A DNA stretch of 64,000 nucleotides from an archaeon (lineage in GTDB: Archaea; Nanobdellota; Nanobdellia; Pacearchaeales; DTIR01), in the NCBI GenBank assembly GCA_043799715.1, contig JAZDNM010000003.1:28903-92902 (forward strand). The letters are read 5' to 3'. A program made the translations under genes and the position numbers. This document shows, in pieces, positions 34,992 to 43,948 of this stretch. The notes below the pieces were generated by a model. The model was not told the DNA's origin. It did not search any database and saw nothing but the letters and a program-made list of their open reading frames with translations. Within the stretch, counting starts at the first letter, position 1; each line of letters opens with the position of its first letter.

Positions 34992-35170
34992 AGAAAGCAT
35001 GCAAGAAATGCAGGATAATTTTCTCAGGAGAGAGATGCCCTATCTGCAATAATATTGATTTTACAGAGGCATGGAAAGGCAGGGTTGTAATCCTTAAGCC
35101 GGGAGAATCGGAAATAGCAAAAAATCTTAATCTTAGCAAGGAAGGAATATACGCTATAAAAATAAAGTAA
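34988..35170 (+). CDS. spt4: Transcription elongation factor Spt4 (RpoE'')
   Basis: It has the zinc ribbon CKKC...CPIC, and its size and position fit. Confidence 0.75.
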   Translation: MKKACKKCRIIFSGERCPICNNIDFTEAWKGRVVILKPGESEIAKNLNLSKEGIYAIKIK

Positions 35171-35177
35171 CTTTAAA

Positions 35178-35483
35178 ATGGAAATTAAATTAAGGGACAA
35201 AAAGCATAATATCTTTCTGGACAGGGATGAGATAACTGTTACTGTTATATCGGATGCAACACCAAAAACAGAGCAGGTTAAAAAAGAGGTTTCTGCGAAA
35301 TTTAATATTTCCGAGGATGCAATAGCCATAAAGAGGATTAAGGGCAATTTTGGCAGGAAGGAATTTGAGATTGAGGCATATGCCTACAAGGACAAGGAAG
35401 CATTTGAGAAGAGTGAGCCCAAGTCAAAATCAAAGAAAGCAGATACAGCTCAGGATGCAGCAAAGGCAGAAGAGAAGAAATAA
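35178..35483 (+). CDS. rps24e: Ribosomal protein S24e
   Basis: It has the N.FLDRDEITV...ATP pattern and conserved synteny. Confidence 0.85.
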   Translation: MEIKLRDKKHNIFLDRDEITVTVISDATPKTEQVKKEVSAKFNISEDAIAIKRIKGNFGRKEFEIEAYAYKDKEAFEKSEPKSKSKKADTAQDAAKAEEKK

Positions 35484-35492
35484 TTTTTATAA

Positions 35493-35699
35493 TTGAAAAT
35501 GGCAAAAGTTGAGAAAAAAGGCAAGAGGGAAAGAAAGCCTAGAATTTCAAGCAAGAAGTGGGAAAAATACAAGATTGAAGGTGATGCTCTGAAAAGAACG
35601 CATAAATTCTGCCCAAGGTGCGGACAGGGGATATTTCTCGCAGCTTCAAAAGGAAGGTTATTCTGCGGCAAGTGCCATTACACCGAATTTGTCAAATAG
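35493..35699 (+). CDS. rps27ae: Ribosomal protein S27ae
   Basis: It has the zinc ribbon CPRCG...CGKC after a basic N-terminus. Confidence 0.85.
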   Translation: MKMAKVEKKGKRERKPRISSKKWEKYKIEGDALKRTHKFCPRCGQGIFLAASKGRLFCGKCHYTEFVK

Positions 35700-35722
35700 A
35701 AATTCATTGGAAGATATCAAGA

Positions 35723-36361
35723 ATGAAACTTAATCGGATAATCAAGTATCTTGTTTATTCAGATTTGATTTTTTATACTGGCTGGGGGCTTATATCCCCC
35801 CTTTTTGCAATCTTTATCCTGCAGTCAATTGCAGGAGGAAGTGTGTTTGTTGTCGGGATGTCAGCAGCGGTTCATCTTATTACCCGTTCGCTCCTGAGAG
35901 TTCCTTTTGGGATTCAGGCTGATAAAAGCCAAAAAAAAGCTTATTGGTATATGTTCTGGGGTTTGCTGATTGCTTCTTTTGTTCCTGCAGGATATATCAT
36001 CTCGGCAAATCCGTGGCATATTTATCTCTTGCAGGCAGTTTTAGGCAGCAGCCTTGCGATGTCTACAGCAGGATGGACAGGAGTATTTACCAAGCATATG
36101 GACAAGGGCAAGGAGAGCACAGAGTGGGGCGTTGATGCAGTTGCTGTAGGTTTAGGCCCGGGCATCGCAGGAGCCTTGGGGGGCGCTGCTGTGACTTACT
36201 TAAACTTTGATGCTGTATTCGCAGCTGTGGGGATTATAGGGATAATAGGGGCTTTACTGCTGCTTGCAGTGAAAAAAGATATCCTGAAACATAGTTCAGG
36301 CAGCGGGAGATTATTTATTCCTCATGAGATCAGAAGGCTGAAAAAGGCAAGGATACATTAA
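35723..36361 (+). CDS. Six-TM membrane protein (MFS-half-like)
   Basis: The hydrophobic profile starts at the ATG at 35723 (MKLNRIIKYLVYSDLIFYTGWG). The track's upstream extension overlaps rps27ae. Confidence 0.5.
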   Translation: MKLNRIIKYLVYSDLIFYTGWGLISPLFAIFILQSIAGGSVFVVGMSAAVHLITRSLLRVPFGIQADKSQKKAYWYMFWGLLIASFVPAGYIISANPWHIYLLQAVLGSSLAMSTAGWTGVFTKHMDKGKESTEWGVDAVAVGLGPGIAGALGGAAVTYLNFDAVFAAVGIIGIIGALLLLAVKKDILKHSSGSGRLFIPHEIRRLKKARIH

Positions 36362-36410
36362 TCTGGCTGAATATTAATTATAAATCAAAAAACAAAAGTT
36401 GCTGGTCTAT

Positions 36411-36681
36411 TATAAAAACCAAAAAATCCAAAAGGATTTTAGGGTGCTCAGAAATGTTAAACATTTCTGACATAATAGAAAAGCCAGCCAACTTTAATCA
36501 TAATAGTGGAGGTATCTTAACACTCTTGAAGGGAAAGTATCGGAAACCGTAGGTTTCTGATAAAGAAAACCCTTAGAGGACCTTCCCGCGTATTCAAAAA
36601 GAACTGCGTCAAGGTCCTCTTGGGTAAAAAGAGGTGATACTATTTTCAAGGAACTACACTTTATAAATCTTTCGGTTTTGT
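36411..36681. ncRNA. Unassigned structured, non-coding locus (candidate ncRNA or long structured UTR; orientation unresolved)
   Basis: A 22-nt BRE/TATA-like box at 36660-36681 is identical to the one upstream of the S-layer-like gene (minus orientation). Several hairpins are present: 36448-36471, 36537-36562 (R1-like), 36576-36619 and 36615-36636. A hairpin plus T-run in minus sense lies at 36411-36440. No credible ORF is present. Confidence 0.3.
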
Positions 36682-36774
36682 TGTCTTTGAGTAGTGACAG
36701 CATTCTATTCTTTCCTGTTTTCCGTCCTGGCAGCAGGACAAAAGGATTTTAAACTTTTGATTGCTCTGAGTTCA

Positions 36775-37566
36775 ATGCAGGAAAAAGAGACAGTCAGCCA
36801 GGAGCAGCTTTATGATATGCTTCTTTCCCATGAACTCAGCTGGCAAGAGATAATTTATGAGCTTATCAAAACAGAGCAGCTTGACCCGTGGAGCGTCGAT
36901 ATAACCCTTCTTGCATCAAAATACCTTGACAGGATAAGGCGGCTCGAAGAGGCTAATTTTCTTGTCTCAAGCAAAGTCCTGCTTGCAGCATCTATACTGT
37001 TAAGGATGAAATCAGAGCTTTTGCTGAGCAGATACATCAAAACACTTGACGAACTGCTTTTCGGCAGGAAAGACGATGCAAGAAAGCAGGAGAGAATAAT
37101 ATTTGATGAGGAAATACCTGAACTGCTTCCTAAAACTCCATTGCCAAGGCTGAAGAAAGTCACGCTGCCTGAGCTTATGCAGGCTCTTGAAAGAGCGATA
37201 ACAACAGAGCAGAGAAGGATAAAAAAAGACATAGCGCTGAAGCATGCTGGCAGGAATATAATTTTCGTTTTGCCAAAAGTCCGCGTCAACATAAAGGACA
37301 GGATAATGGGCCTTTATGGCAGAATAAAGGAATTTTTCAGGCAAAAACCCGGAGAAAAACTGACATATACAATTCTTACAGGGGCTGAAAGAGAGGAAAA
37401 AATAGCCTCATTTCTTCCATTGCTGCATTTAGACAGCCAGGGCAAAGTCTCTCTTGAACAAGAGAAGCATTTTGAAGAAATCTACATTATGCTTCAGGAA
37501 CATTCAAAGAGAAATGAATCAGTAATGCCAAATCTTGAATGGCTCAACACAGAACCCTCTGCTTAA
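36775..37566 (+). CDS. scpA: Segregation and condensation protein A (ScpA kleisin)-like
   Basis: The N-terminus LYDMLLSHELSWQEIIYELIKTEQLDPWSVDITLLASKYLDRIRRLEE has the typical ScpA pattern. The ATG at 36775 is preferred over the track start. Confidence 0.55.
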   Translation: MQEKETVSQEQLYDMLLSHELSWQEIIYELIKTEQLDPWSVDITLLASKYLDRIRRLEEANFLVSSKVLLAASILLRMKSELLLSRYIKTLDELLFGRKDDARKQERIIFDEEIPELLPKTPLPRLKKVTLPELMQALERAITTEQRRIKKDIALKHAGRNIIFVLPKVRVNIKDRIMGLYGRIKEFFRQKPGEKLTYTILTGAEREEKIASFLPLLHLDSQGKVSLEQEKHFEEIYIMLQEHSKRNESVMPNLEWLNTEPSA

Positions 37567-38708
37567 GTTAACGCTTTGATTATCCCTATTTCAGAAAGCA
37601 TATTTTCTTTTCCTGTCTTCATATCTCTCAACTTGAATTTCTTCTCTTTTGCTTCTTTCTCCCCGACAAAAATCACATAGGGGATATCAAGAGAATTTGC
37701 GTATTCAAGCGCATTCGTGATTTTATACATTACAATCACATCAACATTCTTCTTCCTCAAACTTTCTGCAATTTTCACAGCTTCCTTGTCCTGCGCAATG
37801 CTGACGATTATAATCCTCCTGTCCCTTGCAGAGATATTTGCAATGCTTGAAATTCTGTCAAGCCCGAAGCTTATCCCTGTTGCCTGGATGTTATTGACAG
37901 TATAACTGCCGCCTGCAATGATTGTTTCTTTCATTTCCTTTGTTTTAATCTCAAATATGCTGCCGTTGTAATAGCCAAGCCCTCTTGAAAGATTCGGCTT
38001 GAATTTCACGCCGATATTATAATATAAGCAGTATTTTTTCAGCTCTTCAATTTCCTTGTATGAACTGAATTTCTTGAAATAACTTTCAGGATTTTTGAAC
38101 AGCTCAACCAGTTTATCCGCCCTGAATTTTTTCAGATTTTCTTTTATATCCTTTTCAGGAATCTTGTCTATTTTGTCTATCTCCCTCAATACAGCTTCTT
38201 TCTCGATTATTCCCTCTTTTTCCATAATCTCATTCAGGAGTTTCCTGTTGTTTATGCAGATTTCCGCCTTTATCCCGAGATTTTCAAGAATTTTTCCTGC
38301 AATGCAGAGAATCTCTGCCTCATCCCTTATGCCTGCGCCTACAATATCAGCATCACACTGGACAAACTGCCTGAATCTGTTTGAAGAAACAGGTTCATCC
38401 CTGAAAACTTCCCCGATCTGATATCTCTTGTAAGGCAGTTTTTTATTATTTGCGAGCCTTTTCAGCTGGAATGTGAATTCATATCTCAATGCAAGATTTC
38501 TCTTTCCCTTGTCCTGCAGCCTGAAAATATCAGAGATAGCCTCCTGCCCGAGATTTCCCGCCTTGACAAATTCCTCATTCTCAATTATAGGAGTTTCTGC
38601 AGGCTCGAAACCGTAAAGCTTGAAAGTTCCCACTAGGATTTTCTTTATTTCTTCTCTTTTCAGGGCTTCCTTGCCTGAAACATCCCTAAAACCTTTTACT
38701 TGTTCCAT
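37563..38708 (-). CDS. hisS: Histidyl-tRNA synthetase
   Basis: It has KGFRD, LALRYEFTFQLKR, YQIGEVFRDEP..NRFRQFVQCDADIVG, motif 3 GGSY...GISFGLDR and a C-terminal anticodon-binding domain. Confidence 0.85.
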   Translation of the reverse strand: MEQVKGFRDVSGKEALKREEIKKILVGTFKLYGFEPAETPIIENEEFVKAGNLGQEAISDIFRLQDKGKRNLALRYEFTFQLKRLANNKKLPYKRYQIGEVFRDEPVSSNRFRQFVQCDADIVGAGIRDEAEILCIAGKILENLGIKAEICINNRKLLNEIMEKEGIIEKEAVLREIDKIDKIPEKDIKENLKKFRADKLVELFKNPESYFKKFSSYKEIEELKKYCLYYNIGVKFKPNLSRGLGYYNGSIFEIKTKEMKETIIAGGSYTVNNIQATGISFGLDRISSIANISARDRRIIIVSIAQDKEAVKIAESLRKKNVDVIVMYKITNALEYANSLDIPYVIFVGEKEAKEKKFKLRDMKTGKENMLSEIGIIKALT

Positions 38709-38718
38709 TCTATTGAAG

Positions 38719-38802
38719 GGCGGAAGGAGAGAATCGGACTCTCTTTTAGCGGGTTCTGCAGATTTCCACAGCCGCTTGTTCTGCCATTAAACTACATCCG
38801 CC
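38719..38802 (-). tRNA. tRNA-His (GTG) with encoded G-1 and a 12-nt intron
   Basis: G-1 pairs with C73. The acceptor is GCGGATG/CTTCCGC with one U-U, the anticodon stem is AGCGG/CCGCT and the loop is CTGTGG. Intron AAATCTGCAGAA (38754-38765) gives a good bulge-helix-bulge, with CTGT pairing to GCAG. The T loop TCCGATT is atypical. Confidence 0.8.
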
Positions 38803-38867
38803 ATGGTGCAATATTAAGAAACAGATGTTATCAATTTTAAAGCTTTTGCCTTGCAAGCTCTGCCTGC

Positions 38868-39173
38868 TTATTTAACCACAAACAAATTGCTGTCAGAAAC
38901 GTCAAACAAGCCCAGCCTGCTTCCTGCGTCAATCCAGCCGTGCGCGTAATTTACAGCAGCAAATGCATTCACATAATCCCCTTTCTTCCGGAAATATTCT
39001 GCATCGCTCAGGTATCTTGAAGCCATATCAAGAACTGCCAGGGCATCTTTTTCCCGGGATTTCACAATATGCTTTTTTGCTTCTTTAATCGCCTTGTCTG
39101 ATATGCTGAAATATTTGTCAAGGCGGGCGTCGCAAACAAGATTTATTTTTTTGCCTTTTTCTTTCTTTGCCAT
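38868..39173 (-). CDS. DUF357-family archaeal protein
   Basis: It has the pattern RYLSDAEYFRKKGDYVNAFAAVNYAHGWIDAGSRLGL. Confidence 0.6.
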   Translation of the reverse strand: MAKKEKGKKINLVCDARLDKYFSISDKAIKEAKKHIVKSREKDALAVLDMASRYLSDAEYFRKKGDYVNAFAAVNYAHGWIDAGSRLGLFDVSDSNLFVVK

Positions 39174-40004
39174 TTATACCTCCTCAACAGCCAAGTCATC
39201 AATACTTTTAATATCTTTTTCTAAATCTGCAATTGCAACTATTCTCCTTCTTGGGTAAGCAGAAGATGTAAATATTGTGAGGCATTTTTTGTCAAACATA
39301 GCCTCTGCAGCTTCTGATTGATGCCCCCGTATCAATACCTTTTTGTTGTATCTATTCATCAACTCATTGAAATAATCTGCACCAAAGAGCGGTCTTTTCC
39401 AAGGGCGTTCTTCCAATATTCCCCCTTTGACTTCTGCAAAATCCCCCCTGAGAATTTTCATCCAATTTTTATCCCTATCTTCAATTTTGTTTATATCCTC
39501 TAATTTTTCAACAGCAGGCAGTGCCCCATGCAATGCCACTATCCCCCCGGCAGAAATGGCAAGAGGAAAATTTTCAAATATCCTAAAATAATTTTGTTTT
39601 TCTCTTTCTTCAAGGCTTTCCCAGAAATCATTTGGATAGCATTCCTGTATGCCAAAAGCATCATGATTGCCCAAAAGAAGATAAACTTGTTTGGGATGTT
39701 TCTTTCTTGCCTCAAGCAAAAAATCAATATTGCCCTTGGAGTCATAGCCCCTGTCCACATAATCCCCGAGAAAGACAATTTTGTAATTTGATTTCAGGTA
39801 ATTCCCAATGATTTTTTTGCTTGCTTCCAAATCCCCATGAGTGTCCCCGACAAAAACGATTTTACCCTTTGCTGGCAGCACAATAAGCTTTTCCTGTTTC
39901 ATAACTTTTAAAAACAATTCTGATTTTAAAAATCTATGCAGGAAATCATCAGGAATAAGTGATGACAGATTAAACCCTTTTGAAATATCCTTTTTCTGAC
40001 ACAA
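39174..40004 (-). CDS. PPP-family metallophosphoesterase (Ser/Thr phosphatase-like)
   Basis: It has the motifs GDTHGD, GDYVDRG and GNHD. Confidence 0.75.
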   Translation of the reverse strand: MCQKKDISKGFNLSSLIPDDFLHRFLKSELFLKVMKQEKLIVLPAKGKIVFVGDTHGDLEASKKIIGNYLKSNYKIVFLGDYVDRGYDSKGNIDFLLEARKKHPKQVYLLLGNHDAFGIQECYPNDFWESLEEREKQNYFRIFENFPLAISAGGIVALHGALPAVEKLEDINKIEDRDKNWMKILRGDFAEVKGGILEERPWKRPLFGADYFNELMNRYNKKVLIRGHQSEAAEAMFDKKCLTIFTSSAYPRRRIVAIADLEKDIKSIDDLAVEEV

Positions 40005-40036
40005 ATTTTTATAAATTAACTTCCTCTGCGATAGAG

Positions 40037-40909
40037 ATGGATGAGAAATTTCTTGATGCAGTTTATATTGATGCTTTTAATCTCGATGATGCGTGGTTCC
40101 AGTGCGTCAACAAGATTCTTGACAGGGGCTATAAGTACACAATAAGCAAAGGGAGCTATGAAGGGAATCAGAGGCTGGAATTTGACTATGTTACAGTAAA
40201 AGTCAGGAAACCTGGTGCTGAGCCGATTATACCTATTATGCCTGAGGGCTGCTCAATTCCTGCGCCAACAGATATGAAATATGTAACTGAAAATTATTTG
40301 CCGTATCTTCTTACCCCCCAGAAAACAGCAACAGAGAATTACACTTACGGAGAAAGGATGCATGAGCCAAAGGCAAGGCTTGAAGATAAATTAAGCATAG
40401 AGAAAGTCAAGGAAGGCGGTGTTGAATTAGGCAGTAAAACAGACGAGGAAATCAAGAAAATTTATCCATACACTCTTAATGTAAGAAGGGATGATGGAAA
40501 CATTATATTGTCAAGAGAGATTCCTTTTAATATGAATCCTTTTGAGCAGATTATAAAAGATTACAAAGAAAAGGGCTTTGGCACAAATCAGGAAACAATG
40601 GAGATAGCAATGCCTTCGGACATTGTGCTTAAGGACCCTCCATGCCTGAGATTGATTGATACAAGGATAAGGTATGGCAAGCTTCATTTTATGGTTTATT
40701 TCCGCTCTTGGGATTTGTGGGGAGGTTTTCCTTCAAATCTTGCCGGGCTTGAATTAGTAAAGCAGCACATGGCATCTGAGATTGGAGTGGAGAACGGCGA
40801 GATTATAGCGTCAAGCAAGGGACTGCATCTTTACAATTACGTGTGGGACCTTGCAAAAGCAAGGACGCATAAGGAAATTGATTTTGATAAATACAAGAAT
40901 CATGATTGA
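40037..40909 (+). CDS. thyA: Thymidylate synthase, archaeal ThyA-like
   Basis: It has the catalytic-Cys context DPPCLRLID and FRSWDLWGGFPSNLAGL. The ATG at 40037 avoids overlap with the convergent upstream gene. Confidence 0.65.
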   Translation: MDEKFLDAVYIDAFNLDDAWFQCVNKILDRGYKYTISKGSYEGNQRLEFDYVTVKVRKPGAEPIIPIMPEGCSIPAPTDMKYVTENYLPYLLTPQKTATENYTYGERMHEPKARLEDKLSIEKVKEGGVELGSKTDEEIKKIYPYTLNVRRDDGNIILSREIPFNMNPFEQIIKDYKEKGFGTNQETMEIAMPSDIVLKDPPCLRLIDTRIRYGKLHFMVYFRSWDLWGGFPSNLAGLELVKQHMASEIGVENGEIIASSKGLHLYNYVWDLAKARTHKEIDFDKYKNHD

Positions 40910-40912
40910 AAA

Positions 40913-41554
40913 ATGAACAAGCTGAAAAAAGGAATTCTTGTGCTGTTTGAAGGCGGAGAGAGCTGTGGGAAAAGCACTGCGCAGGAAAGCTGTTTCAATT
41001 ATCTTTCTTCAAAATATGACACAGTTAAGATGCGCGAGCCAGGCACTGCCCCTGTATCCGAGGGCATAAGAGACCTTTTGCTGAATCATCCTGAAATGAA
41101 AATGTCAAATCTTACAGAGCTTTTTCTTTATGAGGCAGCAAGGACGCAGTTTGTAGAGGACTTGCTCAAGCCCGCCTTGCAGCAGCACAAATTAGTGTTG
41201 TCTGACAGATATTACTATTCAACAATAGCTTATCAGGGCTTTGGAAGGGGGATTGATTTAAGAGTGATTGACTCTTTGAATAAAATCGCAACAACTGGAA
41301 TCAGGCCGGATATAGCATTTATATTTGACGTCCCTTATGAAATAGCGGCGGAAAGAATGCGCAATGCAGGAAAATCTCCTGATAGAATAGAAAGATTAGG
41401 CAAGGAATTTCATGAAAAAGTGAGACAAGGCTACCTTTACGCTGCAAATAACAAGGAAGCTGTGAAAATAGACGGCACTTTAAGCAAAGAAGCTATAAGC
41501 AAGCAGGTTATAAGCATGATAGAAGATTACCTTAATCCCTTTATAATTCAGTAA
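40913..41554 (+). CDS. tmk: Thymidylate kinase
   Basis: It has the P-loop FEGGESCGKST, DRYYYSTIAYQG and a LID region. Confidence 0.85.
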   Translation: MNKLKKGILVLFEGGESCGKSTAQESCFNYLSSKYDTVKMREPGTAPVSEGIRDLLLNHPEMKMSNLTELFLYEAARTQFVEDLLKPALQQHKLVLSDRYYYSTIAYQGFGRGIDLRVIDSLNKIATTGIRPDIAFIFDVPYEIAAERMRNAGKSPDRIERLGKEFHEKVRQGYLYAANNKEAVKIDGTLSKEAISKQVISMIEDYLNPFIIQ

Positions 41555-41602
41555 AGGATTTAAATCTCTGTTTCTCTAAGATTTCAGATTAAAAGAGGCA
41601 AG

Positions 41603-42136
41603 ATGATAATAAGCATTTCAGGCACCCCCGGCTCTGGCAAGACAACTCTTGCAAATTTTCTGTCAGGAAAACTCAGGATGAAAGAGTATCTTGTTGGCGA
41701 AATGGTAAGGAAGATTGCTGAAAAAAAAGGGATTTCTATTGTTGCGCTTGACAAAAAGGCAGTAAGCGACAGGGCAATTGACAGGGAGATAGACAAAATT
41801 CACCTGAAGCTGAAGAATAAAGATAATTTCATTATTGACAGCAGGGTTGCCTTCAAGTTCTTTCCAAAGTCATTGAAGATATTTCTTTATTGTAGTCCTG
41901 CGGTTGCAGCCAAAAGGATTTTTGAATCAAAAAGGGAAACAGAAAGAATGAATCTGAAAAAAACACTGCAGGAAGTCAGGCAGCGCAACCGCCTTGATAG
42001 ATTGAGATACAAAAAATATTACGGGATAGACCTAGATTATGCCGGCAATTATGATATAATAGTTGATACTTCGCGCATGATAATAAATGAAATGTGCAAT
42101 ACTATCCTGAAAGCAGCTGAAAAATTCAGGAATTAG
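41603..42136 (+). CDS. cmk: Archaeal-type cytidylate kinase
   Basis: It has MIISISGTPGSGKTTLA and IDREIDK, matching archaeal CMP kinases. Confidence 0.65.
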   Translation: MIISISGTPGSGKTTLANFLSGKLRMKEYLVGEMVRKIAEKKGISIVALDKKAVSDRAIDREIDKIHLKLKNKDNFIIDSRVAFKFFPKSLKIFLYCSPAVAAKRIFESKRETERMNLKKTLQEVRQRNRLDRLRYKKYYGIDLDYAGNYDIIVDTSRMIINEMCNTILKAAEKFRN

Positions 42137-42189
42137 CAGCTTTTTCCAATTAGCAATCTTTTTAAATTTGGATAATCAAAGTTTTCTGT

Positions 42190-42348
42190 GCGGGGATGCC
42201 GGAGTGGCCAAACGGGCAGGACTCAGAAGAAGGTATCGGAAACCTTGGTTTCTGATGTGCCAAACTTAAGGTCCTTCGGAGAAACGGGAAAAGGGATGTG
42301 AAATCCTGTGGCTTAGTGCCTGCGTAGGTTCGATTCCTACTCCCCGCA
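42190..42348 (+). tRNA. tRNA-Leu (CAG), class II, with an intron of about 75 nt at 37/38
   Basis: The acceptor is GCGGGGA/TCCCCGC, the anticodon stem CAGGA/TCCTG and the loop CTCAGA. It has a long variable arm and T arm GTAGG-TTCGATT-CCTAC. The intron spans about 42228-42302 and carries an R1-like hairpin at 42230-42257. Confidence 0.85.
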
Positions 42349-42435
42349 TTTATTTTTTGTTTCTGATGATATTAAAGGTAATAAAGAATAAAAAATATAA
42401 AAAAATAAAAAGAAAAAACAAAAATCTAAGAAGAT

Positions 42436-42561
42436 TTACTTCTTCTTTTTCTTCTTTCCGCCGCGGGCCATCTTTGCTTCGCATACATTGCCCTTTCCGT
42501 CGACGTAATAAAGGAATCCTGTTTTCCTCTTGATGGCGTTTTTAACGAGAATCTTTCCCAT
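42436..42561 (-). CDS. Small basic protein (41 aa), unannotated by the ORF track
   Basis: The sequence is MGKILVKNAIKRKTGFLYYVDGKGNVCEAKMARGGKKKKKK. It is compact with a lysine tail. Family assignment is not possible from memory. Confidence 0.4.
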   Translation of the reverse strand: MGKILVKNAIKRKTGFLYYVDGKGNVCEAKMARGGKKKKKK

Positions 42562-42662
42562 TTTGAAATCACACCTCCATTTTTATTTTTATATTCGATA
42601 AATCATCATCGCTTGTATTTAAACCTTTCTTTTTCCTTCGCTGTTATGGAAAAATGGAAAAA

Positions 42663-43043
42663 TTATCCCTGCTGCTTTTCATGAATTCCCTGAACACAAA
42701 TTCCACGTTTTTTCTTGTTACAAAGTCGTGATGCTTGAATCCCCCCTCCAAATGCCTTCGGGATGTGCATTATTTCATGTATTAATGTCCTTGTCTGCTC
42801 ATCTTTTGGAAGCCTGTCAAACCTTTCACTTATCACTTCCACTATATATGCCGCCTTGCAGTCGAGAACTTTCTGCCATATCTTGCCAAGAGCATAGCAC
42901 CTCGCTATAACCCCTGATGCAGTCGAGCCGCGGCTTCTTATGCAGAAAACCCTTGACATGTCAATATGCTTTATGTCTGTCTTTTTCAGTATCTCAATTA
43001 TCCTCTCCTGGATGTCAGGGGCGAATTCATATTTGATTGGCAT
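42663..43043 (-). CDS. Putative zinc metallopeptidase (HExxH)
   Basis: It has the HEIMH motif in the context LIHEIMHIPKAFGGG. Confidence 0.45.
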   Translation of the reverse strand: MPIKYEFAPDIQERIIEILKKTDIKHIDMSRVFCIRSRGSTASGVIARCYALGKIWQKVLDCKAAYIVEVISERFDRLPKDEQTRTLIHEIMHIPKAFGGGIQASRLCNKKKRGICVQGIHEKQQG

Positions 43044-43045
43044 TT

Positions 43046-43267
43046 TTATTCTTGAATCTCAATAATTTTATTGTGCGATGTTATTCCCCTCTTGATTCTT
43101 ATTTTTGAGCTTGAAATCCCGAAATGCCCTGCCAGCAGTTTTATTAATGCAGTATTTGCCTTTCCTTTTTCTGCCCTTGCCTTCACGCTTGCTTCGTAGC
43201 TGTTAATATTTATAGGGGTTATTTTTTCAGCACTGCCGCCTGGCTTGACTTTGACATTGATTATCAT
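43046..43267 (-). CDS. DUF167 (YggU)-family protein
   Basis: It has MIINVKVKPGGS...GKANTALIKLLAGHFG...IRIKRGITSHNKIIEI. Confidence 0.6.
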   Translation of the reverse strand: MIINVKVKPGGSAEKITPININSYEASVKARAEKGKANTALIKLLAGHFGISSSKIRIKRGITSHNKIIEIQE

Positions 43268-43317
43268 GCTAGGGAAAAATTGAAAGAATATTTAAATCTT
43301 GCATATCTTTTTCCCTG

Positions 43318-43941
43318 ATGATAAAACAAATCTTCCATGATGTATGGAAGCTTTATTATGATAATTTTGGCTCAAACTGCTATCTTGTGAAAGCAGAGGG
43401 CAAGCATATTTTGATTGACACAAGCGGCAGGGAAAATAGGGAAGAGCTTATTTCTGATTTGAAAGATTTAAACCTCAATTTAGAAGATATCAGCCTTGTT
43501 CTGCTTACACATCTTCATTATGACCATATTGGCAATCTTGATTTGTTCAGGAATGCAGAATTTTTTGCTTCAAAGCAGGAAATTGAGGATTTCGAGAAAA
43601 ATCAGTTTGATGCTGTTTTGAATGAAAATTTTATTGAGAAGATAGTGGAAGGAAAAAGCAGCACCAAGCCTACAAAAGAATTTGCCGAGCTTGGCAAGGT
43701 TAAGATAAACCCTGTTGAAGATTTAAAATTTGAATCAATGGAGATAATTAAAGTTCCGGGGCATACCCAAGGAAGCATTGCTTTTTACATGCCTTCTGAA
43801 AGGATACTGTTTTCAGGAGACACTCTTTTCGAGGAAGGCACAGGCAGGACTGATTTGCCTACAAGCAATGCAAAAGAAATGGAAAACTCATTGAAAAAGC
43901 TGGATAAGTTAAGATTTAGATTCCTTTGCGCAGGGCACTGA
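43318..43941 (+). CDS. MBL-fold metallo-hydrolase
   Basis: It has the HxHxDH motif (THLHYDHIG), a later PGHTQGS, and GDTLF. Confidence 0.7.
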   Translation: MIKQIFHDVWKLYYDNFGSNCYLVKAEGKHILIDTSGRENREELISDLKDLNLNLEDISLVLLTHLHYDHIGNLDLFRNAEFFASKQEIEDFEKNQFDAVLNENFIEKIVEGKSSTKPTKEFAELGKVKINPVEDLKFESMEIIKVPGHTQGSIAFYMPSERILFSGDTLFEEGTGRTDLPTSNAKEMENSLKKLDKLRFRFLCAGH

Positions 43942-43948
43942 CTTCTGC

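Noticed and set aside
36440-36640. Assignment of the 36.5-kb locus to RNase P RNA or SRP RNA
   Set aside because: There are only loose resemblances: GGGAAGGTCC versus the CR-I GAGGAAAGUCC, and GAAGGGAAAG versus the helix-8 GGAAGGGAGCA. The other universally conserved blocks could not be found by eye, so a covariance-model scan is needed.
36494-36703. The 69-aa minus-strand ORF in the 36.4-36.7 kb spacer
   Set aside because: Its start lies upstream of the only promoter-like box on that strand. It spans several strong hairpins and has no motif. The region is better explained as structured RNA.
39980-40036. The track start of the thymidylate synthase ORF at 39980
   Set aside because: It would overlap the 5' end of the divergent phosphatase gene. 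The ATG at 40037 begins the conserved ThyA-like N-terminus.
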